This document shows, piece after piece, positions 8,458-17,698 of a DNA stretch of 43,185 nt. Source of the stretch: Candidatus Dojkabacteria bacterium (GTDB lineage: Bacteria > Patescibacteriota > Dojkabacteria > J137); NCBI GenBank assembly GCA_047445235.1, contig JBLGEO010000085.1, positions 1-43,185 on the forward strand, written 5' to 3'. Position 1 is the stretch's first letter. Every line of letters starts with the position of its first letter. A program made the position numbers and the translations under genes. The notes under the pieces are model-generated. The model saw only the letters and a program-made list of their open reading frames with translations. It ran no database searches and was not told the DNA's origin.

Positions 8458-9543
8458 CTATTCTCCAAAATAGACACCTAGTTTCTTAGCTGTTTGGAAG
8501 ATTAAATCGGATTCTTCTACCTTCTTTAACTTATCAACAGCTTCCTCAATTGGAACTGTCTTCATCTTGCCAGCAACATATGCAACCATTTGTCCAAACT
8601 TCTTATTTACAACAGCATCCATTGCAGCCACACCGTAGCTCTTTGCAAGGATTCGATCTTCAGCATTTGGAGTCCCACCTCTTTGTGTATGTCCTAAAAC
8701 AACATTTCTCATTTCAAATTCTCCAGGTGCAAGTTCATTTAATCTCCTCATAATTTGTTCACTAATTCCTCCTAAAAGCGGTTCAGGCTTGCCATCGATA
8801 TTTTCTTTTGTAGAAATCTTTTCATTTTTTGCTTTTGCTCCTTCACTTACAACAACAACAGAATAGTTTCGACCAATCTTTTTTCTCCAAGCTAAATATC
8901 TTATTAAACCCTTGTAGTCAAATTCAATCTCAGGAATTAAAATTACATCTGCTCCACCAGCTAAACCAGCGTATAAAGGAATCCAACCAACATGTCTTCC
9001 CATTGTTTCAACAAACATAACTCTATCATGACTAACTGCGGTGGTGTGAATTCTATCAAGCGCTTCAACAGCAATCTCAACAGCAGAGCTAAATCCGAAA
9101 GTCATATCAACTCCAGCTAAATCATTATCAATTGTCTTTGGAACACCAACTATTTTTACTCCCATATCAGCAAGTTGCATTGCACCGCTTAAAGTTCCAT
9201 CTCCACCTATAACTATTAAAGCATCGATTTTTAAAATCTCCAAGTTCTTCTTTGCAAGTTTTAAAATTTCATCAGGAATGTTGTTTGCATCGCCTTCATC
9301 TCCACCTTTCCCAGCAAATCTACCCTTGTTTACCGAATGTAAAATAGTTCCGCCAAGATGGCTAATACCTCTAATCTGTTCCATTCCAAGTTCCATGTAC
9401 TCCATGTCTAAAATTCCTTCCCAGCCTTTTATAAATCCAACAAATTTATAATCTTTTCCAATTCCGTACTTAACTGCAGATGCTATAACTGCATTAATTG
9501 CTTGAGTGTCTCCGCCGGAATTAACAATACCTATTTTTTTCAT
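8458..9543 (-). CDS. pfk: 6-phosphofructokinase (PfkA family; phosphoryl-donor signature mixed)
   Basis: 361 aa with NSGGDTQAINAVI, IGGDGTLSGA, PKTIDNDL and MGRHVGW motifs of the PFK-A family. Confidence 0.92.
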   Translation of the reverse strand: MKKIGIVNSGGDTQAINAVIASAVKYGIGKDYKFVGFIKGWEGILDMEYMELGMEQIRGISHLGGTILHSVNKGRFAGKGGDEGDANNIPDEILKLAKKNLEILKIDALIVIGGDGTLSGAMQLADMGVKIVGVPKTIDNDLAGVDMTFGFSSAVEIAVEALDRIHTTAVSHDRVMFVETMGRHVGWIPLYAGLAGGADVILIPEIEFDYKGLIRYLAWRKKIGRNYSVVVVSEGAKAKNEKISTKENIDGKPEPLLGGISEQIMRRLNELAPGEFEMRNVVLGHTQRGGTPNAEDRILAKSYGVAAMDAVVNKKFGQMVAYVAGKMKTVPIEEAVDKLKKVEESDLIFQTAKKLGVYFGE

Positions 9544-9680
9544 CTATGTTTATGTATAATAACTAATCTAATTGTTGCTAAATTTTAGCGATATTTTATA
9601 CTGACTTTGTAATTGACACAAGGGGCAATTGCAAGGAATAATATAGTTTACACCAAAAAATAATTTTTAAAAGTTTTCTA

Positions 9681-11213
9681 ATGTCAGATAAAAAGTTTCA
9701 TAAAAAAGTTGTCTTATTAATTATGGACGGCTGGGGTTTAGCAAAATCCGATAAGTTTAACGCAATAGAAAACGCAAAAACACCAAATTTTGACATGCTA
9801 GTAAGAGAATACCCAAATACTAAATTAAAATCAGATGGTGAATCGGTTGGTTTACCTGAAGGACAATTTGGTACATCTGAAGTCAATCATATGACAATGG
9901 GAGCTGGTAGAGTAATTTATCAAGATCTTCCAAAGATTAACAAGGCAATAGAAACTGGAGAGTTTTTTAATAATCAAGCATTTCAAAAATCAATAGATCA
10001 TGCAAACGATAATAAGTCCAATATTCATTTAATAGGCATATTAAGTGACGGCGGAATCCATTCCACAACTGAGCATGTTTTCGCAATATTAGAAATGCTT
10101 CATAAACAGAATTTTAAACAGAATGTTTTTATCCATGCCTTTACTGACGGAAGAGACACACCTCCAAAATCTGCAGGAAAGTATTTTGAAAAATTAGATA
10201 AAGTAATTGCAAAATATCCAGAGTTAAAAATTTCGCTTGCAACTATTCAAGGCAGATTCTACTTAGATAGAGATAGAGATTGGGCAAAAACAGAGAAAGC
10301 ATTTGACCTTATTGTAAAAGGAAAAGGCTCTCACTTTAACAGCTGGGAAGCTGTTATAAATATGGAGTATAACCAAAACGTCACAGATGAATTTATAAGT
10401 CATTTTGTAATTAACAAAGAAGGGACAGTAAAAGATAACGATAGTGTAATTTTCTTTCACTATAGAACAGATAGACTTTATCAAATTGTAAAAAGACTTT
10501 TACAAGAAGAAATAAAAAATTTGAATGTAACAACATTAATTAGTGTAAGTGAGGAATTTGATACAGTTCAATTAGCTTTCCCGAGAGATAAGATAAACGA
10601 TGTTCTTGCAGAAGTAATTTCAAATGCTGGAGTTGCACAATTCCATGTTACAGAAACAGAGAAATATCCTCATTTAACTTTCTTTCTTAACGGAGAGAAA
10701 GAAAAGGAAATGCCACACGAAGAATGGAAAATGATTCAATCTAATAGATATGTAAAGCCATACTATAACTTCGAACCAAGTATGAGAAACTACGATATTA
10801 CACAAGATATAATTGACGCAATTAAATCAGAAAAATACGGTTTTATAATTGCCAATTTAAGTAGTCCAGACATGGTAGGTCATACCGGAAACTACGAAGC
10901 AGCGATAATCTCAGCAGAGTCAGTAGATTATTGTTTAGGAAAAATCTACGAGGCAATTAAGGATAACTTTAAGGACTATGCTTTACTCGTAACTGCAGAC
11001 CACGGAAACTCAGACATGATGTGGGATTATGAGAACAATCAGCCTCATACTCAACACACTACATCGCCAGTGCCATTTATTATGGTATCGGATTTAGAAG
11101 CAAAATTAGATAGAAGAGAAAGTTTAGAAGATATAGCACCAACGGTACTAGACCTTATGGGTTTAGAGAAACCAGGTGTTATGACTGGAACAAGCTTAGT
11201 AATAGATAAATAA
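9681..11213 (+). CDS. gpmI: 2,3-bisphosphoglycerate-independent phosphoglycerate mutase
   Basis: 510 aa. LLIMDGWG N-terminus, catalytic-Ser region GTSEVNHMTMGAGR, and metal-site motifs FTDGRDT, DMVGHTG and TADHGN. Confidence 0.95.
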   Translation: MSDKKFHKKVVLLIMDGWGLAKSDKFNAIENAKTPNFDMLVREYPNTKLKSDGESVGLPEGQFGTSEVNHMTMGAGRVIYQDLPKINKAIETGEFFNNQAFQKSIDHANDNKSNIHLIGILSDGGIHSTTEHVFAILEMLHKQNFKQNVFIHAFTDGRDTPPKSAGKYFEKLDKVIAKYPELKISLATIQGRFYLDRDRDWAKTEKAFDLIVKGKGSHFNSWEAVINMEYNQNVTDEFISHFVINKEGTVKDNDSVIFFHYRTDRLYQIVKRLLQEEIKNLNVTTLISVSEEFDTVQLAFPRDKINDVLAEVISNAGVAQFHVTETEKYPHLTFFLNGEKEKEMPHEEWKMIQSNRYVKPYYNFEPSMRNYDITQDIIDAIKSEKYGFIIANLSSPDMVGHTGNYEAAIISAESVDYCLGKIYEAIKDNFKDYALLVTADHGNSDMMWDYENNQPHTQHTTSPVPFIMVSDLEAKLDRRESLEDIAPTVLDLMGLEKPGVMTGTSLVIDK

Positions 11214-11495
11214 TTACTTATTTTTTTTAATACTTTCTATTTCGTTCTCTAGCATTTTGTTCTCAAGGCCTTTTAGTAAATTGCCAAAGGCGAAAATGTT
11301 AAGACCTTGAATAAGAAGGCCAATGCCCCAGAAAAGGCTGACCCAGTAGAACCATAAAGAGTGAGGAGAAGTTACAAGGTTAACTATTAGAAGTAAAGTG
11401 TTTACAGTAACGTATACGATAAGGTGGTATAAAAAACCAATCTTTTCACCAACTCTTTGTCGAGCTTGTTTAATTATTTCGTCATCAGAGTTCAT
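11214..11495 (-). CDS. 2TM-domain membrane protein
   Basis: 93 aa. RQRVGEKIGFLYHLIVYVTVN followed by a second helix with WFYW, a pattern typical of the 2TM (PF13239-like) family. The call is from memory of that family. Confidence 0.55.
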   Translation of the reverse strand: MNSDDEIIKQARQRVGEKIGFLYHLIVYVTVNTLLLIVNLVTSPHSLWFYWVSLFWGIGLLIQGLNIFAFGNLLKGLENKMLENEIESIKKNK

Positions 11496-11573
11496 TCAAA
11501 AAAGATAATAAATATACTTTATCATTTTAAACTTTAGAAAAATCTTATACAATAATATAGTTTATACAAACTT

Positions 11574-12569
11574 ATGAGAGCGAACCCAAAAAGAATAATA
11601 TTAATTTTTATGCTTATTGCATTTGTTTTGGTAACTATGCTTGCCACATATGTAATTCAGCGTAATCAAAGTCCAACTGATGCTCAGGCTCTGTTCGGGG
11701 GTAGAATAGAATCCGGCTATCCTTCAGCAGGTTTTCTTCTTATTGAAACAACAGCAGGAGGTTTGAAGCTTTGTGGATATTCAGTACTTAGTGGAAGAGT
11801 TGCAATAACAGCTTCACACTGCGTAGATGATGCTAAAAATATTTATATGGGGAGAGGAGACTTCAATCAAGATACATCAAACTTATTAAAAGTTGATAAA
11901 GCAGTTCAGAAAGCAGGATGGGTAGAAAGTAAAGCTCGATCCAGTGACTTTGCAGTGTTAAATTTTTCAGATACAAAAGGTTTCTTTTCTAGTTTTGCAG
12001 AAGTTGCATCTGTAGTTGAAGGATGTAAATACAGGGTTGTTGCTTATGGAAGAACAGAGAACGCAGGAGACTCGAGCCAGCCACCAAGAAAAAGTACATC
12101 TCTTTGCGCAACAAGTATTACTCAAGATACATTCTTAGTGCAAGGAAATAATGCAGGAATTTGTTTTGGTGATAGCGGAAGTCCAGTATTTTTTGATGGA
12201 ACAAACAGAGTCGTAGGTGTTATTACTTCAATTCTTAAGCAGCCAGGTAGTTCAGATACAGCTTCACCATGTGACTTTAATAACACTGCAGTAGTAGTTA
12301 GAGCAGACGCTAATAAATCTATGATTGAAGATAGTCTAACAGCTGTTAATCAGAACACTCAAGAGCTAACTGTAGTAGACGGGACAACAGTGGAGGTCGT
12401 TTCGGACACACTACTTTCTAGAATTGGATTATCTAGATTAGAAAATCTAACTGAAGATGACAAATTTAGAGTAGCAATTATTGGAATTATTATCTTAATG
12501 ATAATAATAATAGCAATGCTAATTAAACTTCTTAGAACGCCAGAGAAAAGAGCTTACGTAGAGATTTAA
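11574..12569 (+). CDS. trypsin-like (S1) serine protease with N-terminal and C-terminal hydrophobic anchors
   Basis: 331 aa. ITASHCV supplies the catalytic His and GDSGSPVF the catalytic Ser. Hydrophobic helices are present at both termini (IILIFMLIAFVLVTML and IIGIIILMIIIIAMLI). Confidence 0.8.
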   Translation: MRANPKRIILIFMLIAFVLVTMLATYVIQRNQSPTDAQALFGGRIESGYPSAGFLLIETTAGGLKLCGYSVLSGRVAITASHCVDDAKNIYMGRGDFNQDTSNLLKVDKAVQKAGWVESKARSSDFAVLNFSDTKGFFSSFAEVASVVEGCKYRVVAYGRTENAGDSSQPPRKSTSLCATSITQDTFLVQGNNAGICFGDSGSPVFFDGTNRVVGVITSILKQPGSSDTASPCDFNNTAVVVRADANKSMIEDSLTAVNQNTQELTVVDGTTVEVVSDTLLSRIGLSRLENLTEDDKFRVAIIGIIILMIIIIAMLIKLLRTPEKRAYVEI

Positions 12570-13012
12570 GCAATATCCATTCTGTTTTCTGGAAGATTAA
12601 CCATTCCCATATATCTTTCAAATTGCCTTCTAAACCCCTTTAGAAAGTTCTGTCTACTAAATTCACGCACTTCGTTATACATAGGTGGTTTACCAATTTT
12701 ATGCAACTCATCAACATAGTCAACTGTAGTAAGATCACTTGATGTGCTATAAATTTTTGATTCTAAATTTGAATCCTTCTGTATTAAGGCCTTAAAAACC
12801 TCATCTCCTTGCCCATGCTCTGCTGCGGGACCCATAATAGTATGGTCTAAAAATACCGCTTCTACTTCACTTAGGTCCATTCCAGGCAATGCTTCAAAAA
12901 GTTTGATTGAATTATCAAAGAAAACAATATCATCAATTGAGTATTTTCCTTCAAGGATAAATCTAAAGGTTGTATCTACATCATGATCATCATCAACTAT
13001 TAAGATCTTCAT
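12566..13012 (-). CDS. single-domain response regulator (CheY-like receiver)
   Basis: 148 aa. KILIVDDD acidic pocket, candidate phospho-acceptor Asp in VFLDHTI, a Ser/Thr in YSTSSD, and a Lys-Pro in GKPP. No output domain. Confidence 0.65.
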   Translation of the reverse strand: MKILIVDDDHDVDTTFRFILEGKYSIDDIVFFDNSIKLFEALPGMDLSEVEAVFLDHTIMGPAAEHGQGDEVFKALIQKDSNLESKIYSTSSDLTTVDYVDELHKIGKPPMYNEVREFSRQNFLKGFRRQFERYMGMVNLPENRMDIA

Positions 13013-13018
13013 ATTAAA

Positions 13019-14452
13019 TTAAATAAATTCTATTGCTCTGCCTAAGGCATACTCAAACGAGTTTCTTACTATTTCATTATATGTAGGATGAGCGTGAATT
13101 GTGTTTGCAATATCTTCAATACTAACTTTATTGTGAATTATATTTGCATAACCTTGTATTATTTCTCCTGCTAGATCTCCAATCATTTCTGCAGCAATTA
13201 AATATTTGCTAGACTCATTAATCCATAGTTTTACGAAACCAGAGTTATGTTCTTCTATGTTTGCTCTTAAATTTGCGGTAAAAGGAAATTTAACAACTTT
13301 GATTCCCGATAAGTCCTCTGGAACCTTACCAACAGTAGCAACTTCTGGGATAGTATAAACAACTGCAGGAATAACATCGTAGTTCATTTCTCTTTTTGCT
13401 CCCATTATATTTTCCGCAGCTATAATACCTTGCTGTATTGCAACGTGAGCTAGGATACTTAATCCAGTCGCGTCTCCAATTGCATAAATATTTTCAATCT
13501 TAGTTTGCATAAAGGTATTCACAGTTATTCCTTTAGGGCTAAACTCAATCCCTAGTTTCTCAAGCATTGGGTTATTTATAATAGCTTTTCTACCAATTGC
13601 AATTAAATTCATTGGAGATTCAATTTCTTTTTTTTCTCCGGTTGCAGAAACTTCAAGTGATAATTTACCATTCGTAATATCCATTACCTTATGACCAGTT
13701 AATATTTCAATACCTTGCTCTTTTAAATCCCTTTCAATCTCTGCTGAGATTTCAGGATCCATCATACTTACACATCTATCCAAGAGTTCAATAATTCTTA
13801 CTTTTGTTCCGAAGTGTGAGAAAAGGGCAGAGAACTCAAGACCTATAATTCCTCCTCCTACAATAGTCAGCTCTTTAGGTAAATCTTTAATCCAAATTAA
13901 TTTATTGCTGTTTACAATAGATAGATCCGGCTTATTCAAGAATCCTGGGACCAATGGCTCGGAACCTGTAGCAAGAATAATATGCTCTGTTTCTAGAGTG
14001 GTTTCTTCAGTTACACTTGTATGATCAGCATAAGGGCTTTCACCATTTACCTGTGTTAAATCTTTATGTGGATTATCGTATGGACTTATCTTTACATGAT
14101 TAGCATCAATAACATCTCCTGTTCCTTGGAAAATGTCTACTTTCCAATAGTCTAACAAATGCCTAATTTCCTCCCTAGATTTTTTCATTACCTCATCTCT
14201 TCTTTCAGCAACTCTAGAAAAATCAACGACTGGTTCTCCAACATTGACTCCATAGTGTGCAGACTGTTTTGCGTATTTAGCATACTTTGCAGAAGTGATC
14301 ATTGCCTTGCTAGGAGTACAACCCCAGTTTGTACAAATACCGCCTATTAAATCTCGTTCAATAATAGCCACCTTAGCACCGAGTTGAGCCAATCTAATAG
14401 CAGCTGTGTAACCTCCTGGCCCAGATCCAATAACAATAGTTTTATATTGCAT
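13019..14452 (-). CDS. lpd: dihydrolipoyl dehydrogenase-like flavoprotein disulfide reductase
   Basis: 477 aa. GSGPGGY FAD fold, redox-active disulfide GGICTNWGCTPSK, second Rossmann motif VGGGIIGLE, and C-terminal HAHPTYNE His-Glu dyad. Confidence 0.88.
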   Translation of the reverse strand: MQYKTIVIGSGPGGYTAAIRLAQLGAKVAIIERDLIGGICTNWGCTPSKAMITSAKYAKYAKQSAHYGVNVGEPVVDFSRVAERRDEVMKKSREEIRHLLDYWKVDIFQGTGDVIDANHVKISPYDNPHKDLTQVNGESPYADHTSVTEETTLETEHIILATGSEPLVPGFLNKPDLSIVNSNKLIWIKDLPKELTIVGGGIIGLEFSALFSHFGTKVRIIELLDRCVSMMDPEISAEIERDLKEQGIEILTGHKVMDITNGKLSLEVSATGEKKEIESPMNLIAIGRKAIINNPMLEKLGIEFSPKGITVNTFMQTKIENIYAIGDATGLSILAHVAIQQGIIAAENIMGAKREMNYDVIPAVVYTIPEVATVGKVPEDLSGIKVVKFPFTANLRANIEEHNSGFVKLWINESSKYLIAAEMIGDLAGEIIQGYANIIHNKVSIEDIANTIHAHPTYNEIVRNSFEYALGRAIEFI

Positions 14453-14473
14453 AAATTAACTTTAACAAATGAA

Positions 14474-15403
14474 TTAATTTGCGTTTTTAATGTTTGCTTT
14501 TACAGTTTGTACAGAATGTTCAAAAGCTTTTCTTTCCATTTCGTTTAGTGGGACTTCACCTACAATCCTAAAACCATCAGAGTTTAGCATTACAGGTACT
14601 CCAATTGAGACGTCTTTAACACCATATTCTCCGTTAAGCATTACACTTAAGGGATAAATCTTATTCTCATTTCTAATAATGGATTTACATATAGATGCTA
14701 CAGCGTTTCCAATTCCGTAATAAGTTGCTTTTTTACCTTTAATAATTTCGTAAGCAGTGTTTCTTACTTTCTCTGCTATGTCAGTATAGTACTGAGTGTT
14801 TAATTTAACAAATGACTCTAAAGGCATATTTGCAATATTTCCTGAGCTCAGAACTGGAAAAGAAGTGTCTCCATGTTCTCCCATAATATAAGCGTGTACA
14901 TTGTTTGCATTTACATGCGCTTCTTTTGCAATAGCTCCCTTAACTCTAGAAGTATCTAGGATTGTTCCACTTCCAAACACTTGGCTTGGTGGAAGTCCAG
15001 ATTCTTTTACAGCGATGTAGGCTAATACATCTACTGGATTTGTAACCATGCAAATATAAACATTCTTTTTTGTTGCCTTTATTTTAGAAACAACATCTCG
15101 AATAATCTTTGCATTAATTCCTAGTAGTTCTGTTCGAGTTTGCCCTTCCTTTTGTGCAGCTCCACAAGTAATTACAACGATATCTCCATCTTCAATATCT
15201 TTATAATCTGCGTATTTAATACTAACTCCATTTGTAAAGTTAGATGCATCTACCATGTCTAAAACTTGTGCCTTTGCCATTTCTTCTGCAATGTCGAGAA
15301 CTAGAATTTCGTGAGCAATTTCTTGATTCAAGATAGAATAAGCTATAGAAGCACCAACATTTCCTGCTCCGATAACTACAACGCGACCTGATGGGTTTGA
15401 CAT
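14474..15403 (-). CDS. ldh: L-lactate dehydrogenase
   Basis: 309 aa. GAGNVGAS NAD fold. The substrate loop CGAAQKEGQTR has Gln (LDH-type) rather than Arg (MDH-type). Catalytic His in MGEHGDTS. Confidence 0.9.
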   Translation of the reverse strand: MSNPSGRVVVIGAGNVGASIAYSILNQEIAHEILVLDIAEEMAKAQVLDMVDASNFTNGVSIKYADYKDIEDGDIVVITCGAAQKEGQTRTELLGINAKIIRDVVSKIKATKKNVYICMVTNPVDVLAYIAVKESGLPPSQVFGSGTILDTSRVKGAIAKEAHVNANNVHAYIMGEHGDTSFPVLSSGNIANMPLESFVKLNTQYYTDIAEKVRNTAYEIIKGKKATYYGIGNAVASICKSIIRNENKIYPLSVMLNGEYGVKDVSIGVPVMLNSDGFRIVGEVPLNEMERKAFEHSVQTVKANIKNAN

Positions 15404-15424
15404 AAAAATAATAAAAAAATTAGG

Positions 15425-16594
15425 TTAATTATCTAAAAAACTATAAACAATTTTGGATAGGCCCTCTAAGTTATCACGCCCACTATCCCAATCAATATCT
15501 TTATCCATAACAATCATAATGTAGTTGGTGTTTTTACCATAAACTATTGCAGAATCACAGTAGTTAATATCGTTATCTGTCCAGAGATTTCCGATTTTAT
15601 TTGCAAATTGTATTCCATCTGGTAATCCTAACCCAATACCTTGCCTATTCCATTCTAAAGCATTTTCCATCAGATTAATTAGATAGTCTCTGGATTTAAC
15701 TGACACTGTTCTTGCGTTGTAAAGATCGTCAAATAGTTTTCCTAACATTTCTGCTGTACCAATATGTGGATTCAAGAATAGTGGATTTACTCCAAGTTCG
15801 TTCACTGTTCGGGGATTAACTGCCTCGTAAGAACCTCCTAAAAATTTATCCATATGATACCAAGCAGTGTTATTACTATCCTCAATTAATCTTTCAAGAT
15901 AAGTATGGATTGGAACCTGTGTTCCAGCTGGTAGTTCACCTAATTCGTCATCTGTTGAGAATTTAACGTCATCTTGTATAGGGTAAGTAGTGTCGAGAGT
16001 ATATTTACCAGCATCAATATCCCTTAAGATAAGTATGGCCATTGTCATTTTTGCCATACTAGCAGGTGGAAATATTACAGAATTATTTATTCCTGTAACA
16101 GTATTTCTACCTAAGTCTTTTATCCAAATACCATACTTATCGAATAGTCCATTAACATTTAAATAAGAGATAAGTTCCCTCTTCATTGCGTCGAAGTCAA
16201 CATCGTTATAAGCAACAGTAATTGTAGTTTCAATAGAAGAACTTCCATTAGTAAATTCAATAACATAATCTCCGTCATCAAATTTCTCTGGGGAGATTAC
16301 TAGCGAATTATCGTTATATTTAATAAAAGAAGGAAGTTTGGCAATATTCAAAAAGTATCCTGTGGGAATTTGAATTGTTTTACTCTCGCCAACTAAGACT
16401 TTTACATCTGGTTCTACTGGTGAACTAACTAGAATAGTACTCTCAAAAACACTAGGGAGCAGAGTACTAACATAGTTTGTTCTTACTATATAGAACAGTA
16501 GGGTAAAGATAGCAACAAGGAAACACATGAACAAAAGAATAACTAAGCAGCCAAATCTTAGTTTATTCTTTTTAATGCTCCTCCATAAATTCAT
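15425..16594 (-). CDS. membrane-anchored serine hydrolase, class A beta-lactamase / PBP-like fold
   Basis: 389 aa. N-terminal TM helix, then SxxK (PASMAKM), SxN (DSNN) and a KTG-like motif (NKIGN) in canonical order. Its start overlaps the fbaB stop by 1 nt (TAATG on the minus strand). Confidence 0.6.
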   Translation of the reverse strand: MNLWRSIKKNKLRFGCLVILLFMCFLVAIFTLLFYIVRTNYVSTLLPSVFESTILVSSPVEPDVKVLVGESKTIQIPTGYFLNIAKLPSFIKYNDNSLVISPEKFDDGDYVIEFTNGSSSIETTITVAYNDVDFDAMKRELISYLNVNGLFDKYGIWIKDLGRNTVTGINNSVIFPPASMAKMTMAILILRDIDAGKYTLDTTYPIQDDVKFSTDDELGELPAGTQVPIHTYLERLIEDSNNTAWYHMDKFLGGSYEAVNPRTVNELGVNPLFLNPHIGTAEMLGKLFDDLYNARTVSVKSRDYLINLMENALEWNRQGIGLGLPDGIQFANKIGNLWTDNDINYCDSAIVYGKNTNYIMIVMDKDIDWDSGRDNLEGLSKIVYSFLDN

Positions 16595-17670
16595 TATGCA
16601 AGTGTTATTTCTTTTGCAAGGTAAACATCCTGAACAGCGTTTAATAGTTTAACTCCTTCTTCGAAAGGTTTTTGGAAAGCTTTTCTTCCTAAAATTAATC
16701 CAGAACCACCAGCTCTTTTGTTTATAACTGCAGTTTCGATTGCTTCTTGTAAATCATTTTCTCCACTAGCTCCACCGGAGTTGATTAATGGAATCTTTCC
16801 AAGATAACAGTTAGCCACTTGGTATTTTGCAAGGTCAATAGGATTTTCTGTTGAAAGTTCAGAGTACATTTTGTCATCTAGTTTTCCATAGCTAGAGTTT
16901 CCAGTATTTAATGCTTTAAACCCACCATTATTTGTTGGAAGTTTTTGTTTAATAATATCAGCTTCTATAGTTACTCCAATGTGATTAGCTTGTCCTGTTA
17001 AATCTGCAGCAGTGTGGTAATCAACTCCATCAACTTTGAAAGCACTATTTCTTGTATAGCACCATAGAATTGTAAACATCCCTAATTCGTGAGCTTTAGC
17101 AAATTTTTTAGAAACTTCTTGAATTTGTCTTGTAGACTCTTCGGATCCAAAATATATAGTTGCACCAACTCCAGCAGCACCCATGTCAAAAGCTTGCTGT
17201 ACTGATCCAAACATAACTTCATCAAATTTATTTGGATAAGTTAATAATTCGTTGTGATTTAATTTAACAATAAAAGGAATCTTATCTGCATATTTCTTAG
17301 AAACTAATCCTAGAGCGCCTAAAGTAGATGTAACTGCGCTATTTCCAGCTTCAACAGCCAATTTGACAATATTTTCTGGGTCAAAATACATTGGGTTTTT
17401 TGCAAAAGATGCTCCTGCAGAATGCTCAATTCCTTGATCCACTGGGAAAATAGAAAGATAACCAGTGTTTGCTAATCTTCCAGCACCATAAAGTCTTTTT
17501 AAACTTGCAAGAACTTCGGGTTTTCTATCCGAAAAAGCCATAACTTCATCAACCCAATTTGCATTTGGAGTATAAAATTTCTGTCCAGCAAAAGTTGGAG
17601 ATTTATAGTTTAGTAAAGCTTCTGCTTTATCTCCTAAAACTGTTTGTATTTCACTAAATGTCATAAACAA
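16594..17670 (-). CDS. fbaB: class I fructose-bisphosphate aldolase (FbaB/DhnA type)
   Basis: 358 aa, colinear with remembered E. coli FbaB: [59 protein letters not shown] and [18 protein letters not shown]. Confidence 0.93.
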   Translation of the reverse strand: MFMTFSEIQTVLGDKAEALLNYKSPTFAGQKFYTPNANWVDEVMAFSDRKPEVLASLKRLYGAGRLANTGYLSIFPVDQGIEHSAGASFAKNPMYFDPENIVKLAVEAGNSAVTSTLGALGLVSKKYADKIPFIVKLNHNELLTYPNKFDEVMFGSVQQAFDMGAAGVGATIYFGSEESTRQIQEVSKKFAKAHELGMFTILWCYTRNSAFKVDGVDYHTAADLTGQANHIGVTIEADIIKQKLPTNNGGFKALNTGNSSYGKLDDKMYSELSTENPIDLAKYQVANCYLGKIPLINSGGASGENDLQEAIETAVINKRAGGSGLILGRKAFQKPFEEGVKLLNAVQDVYLAKEITLA

Positions 17671-17698
17671 TTATTAATAACTATTTAAATTAAGTATA

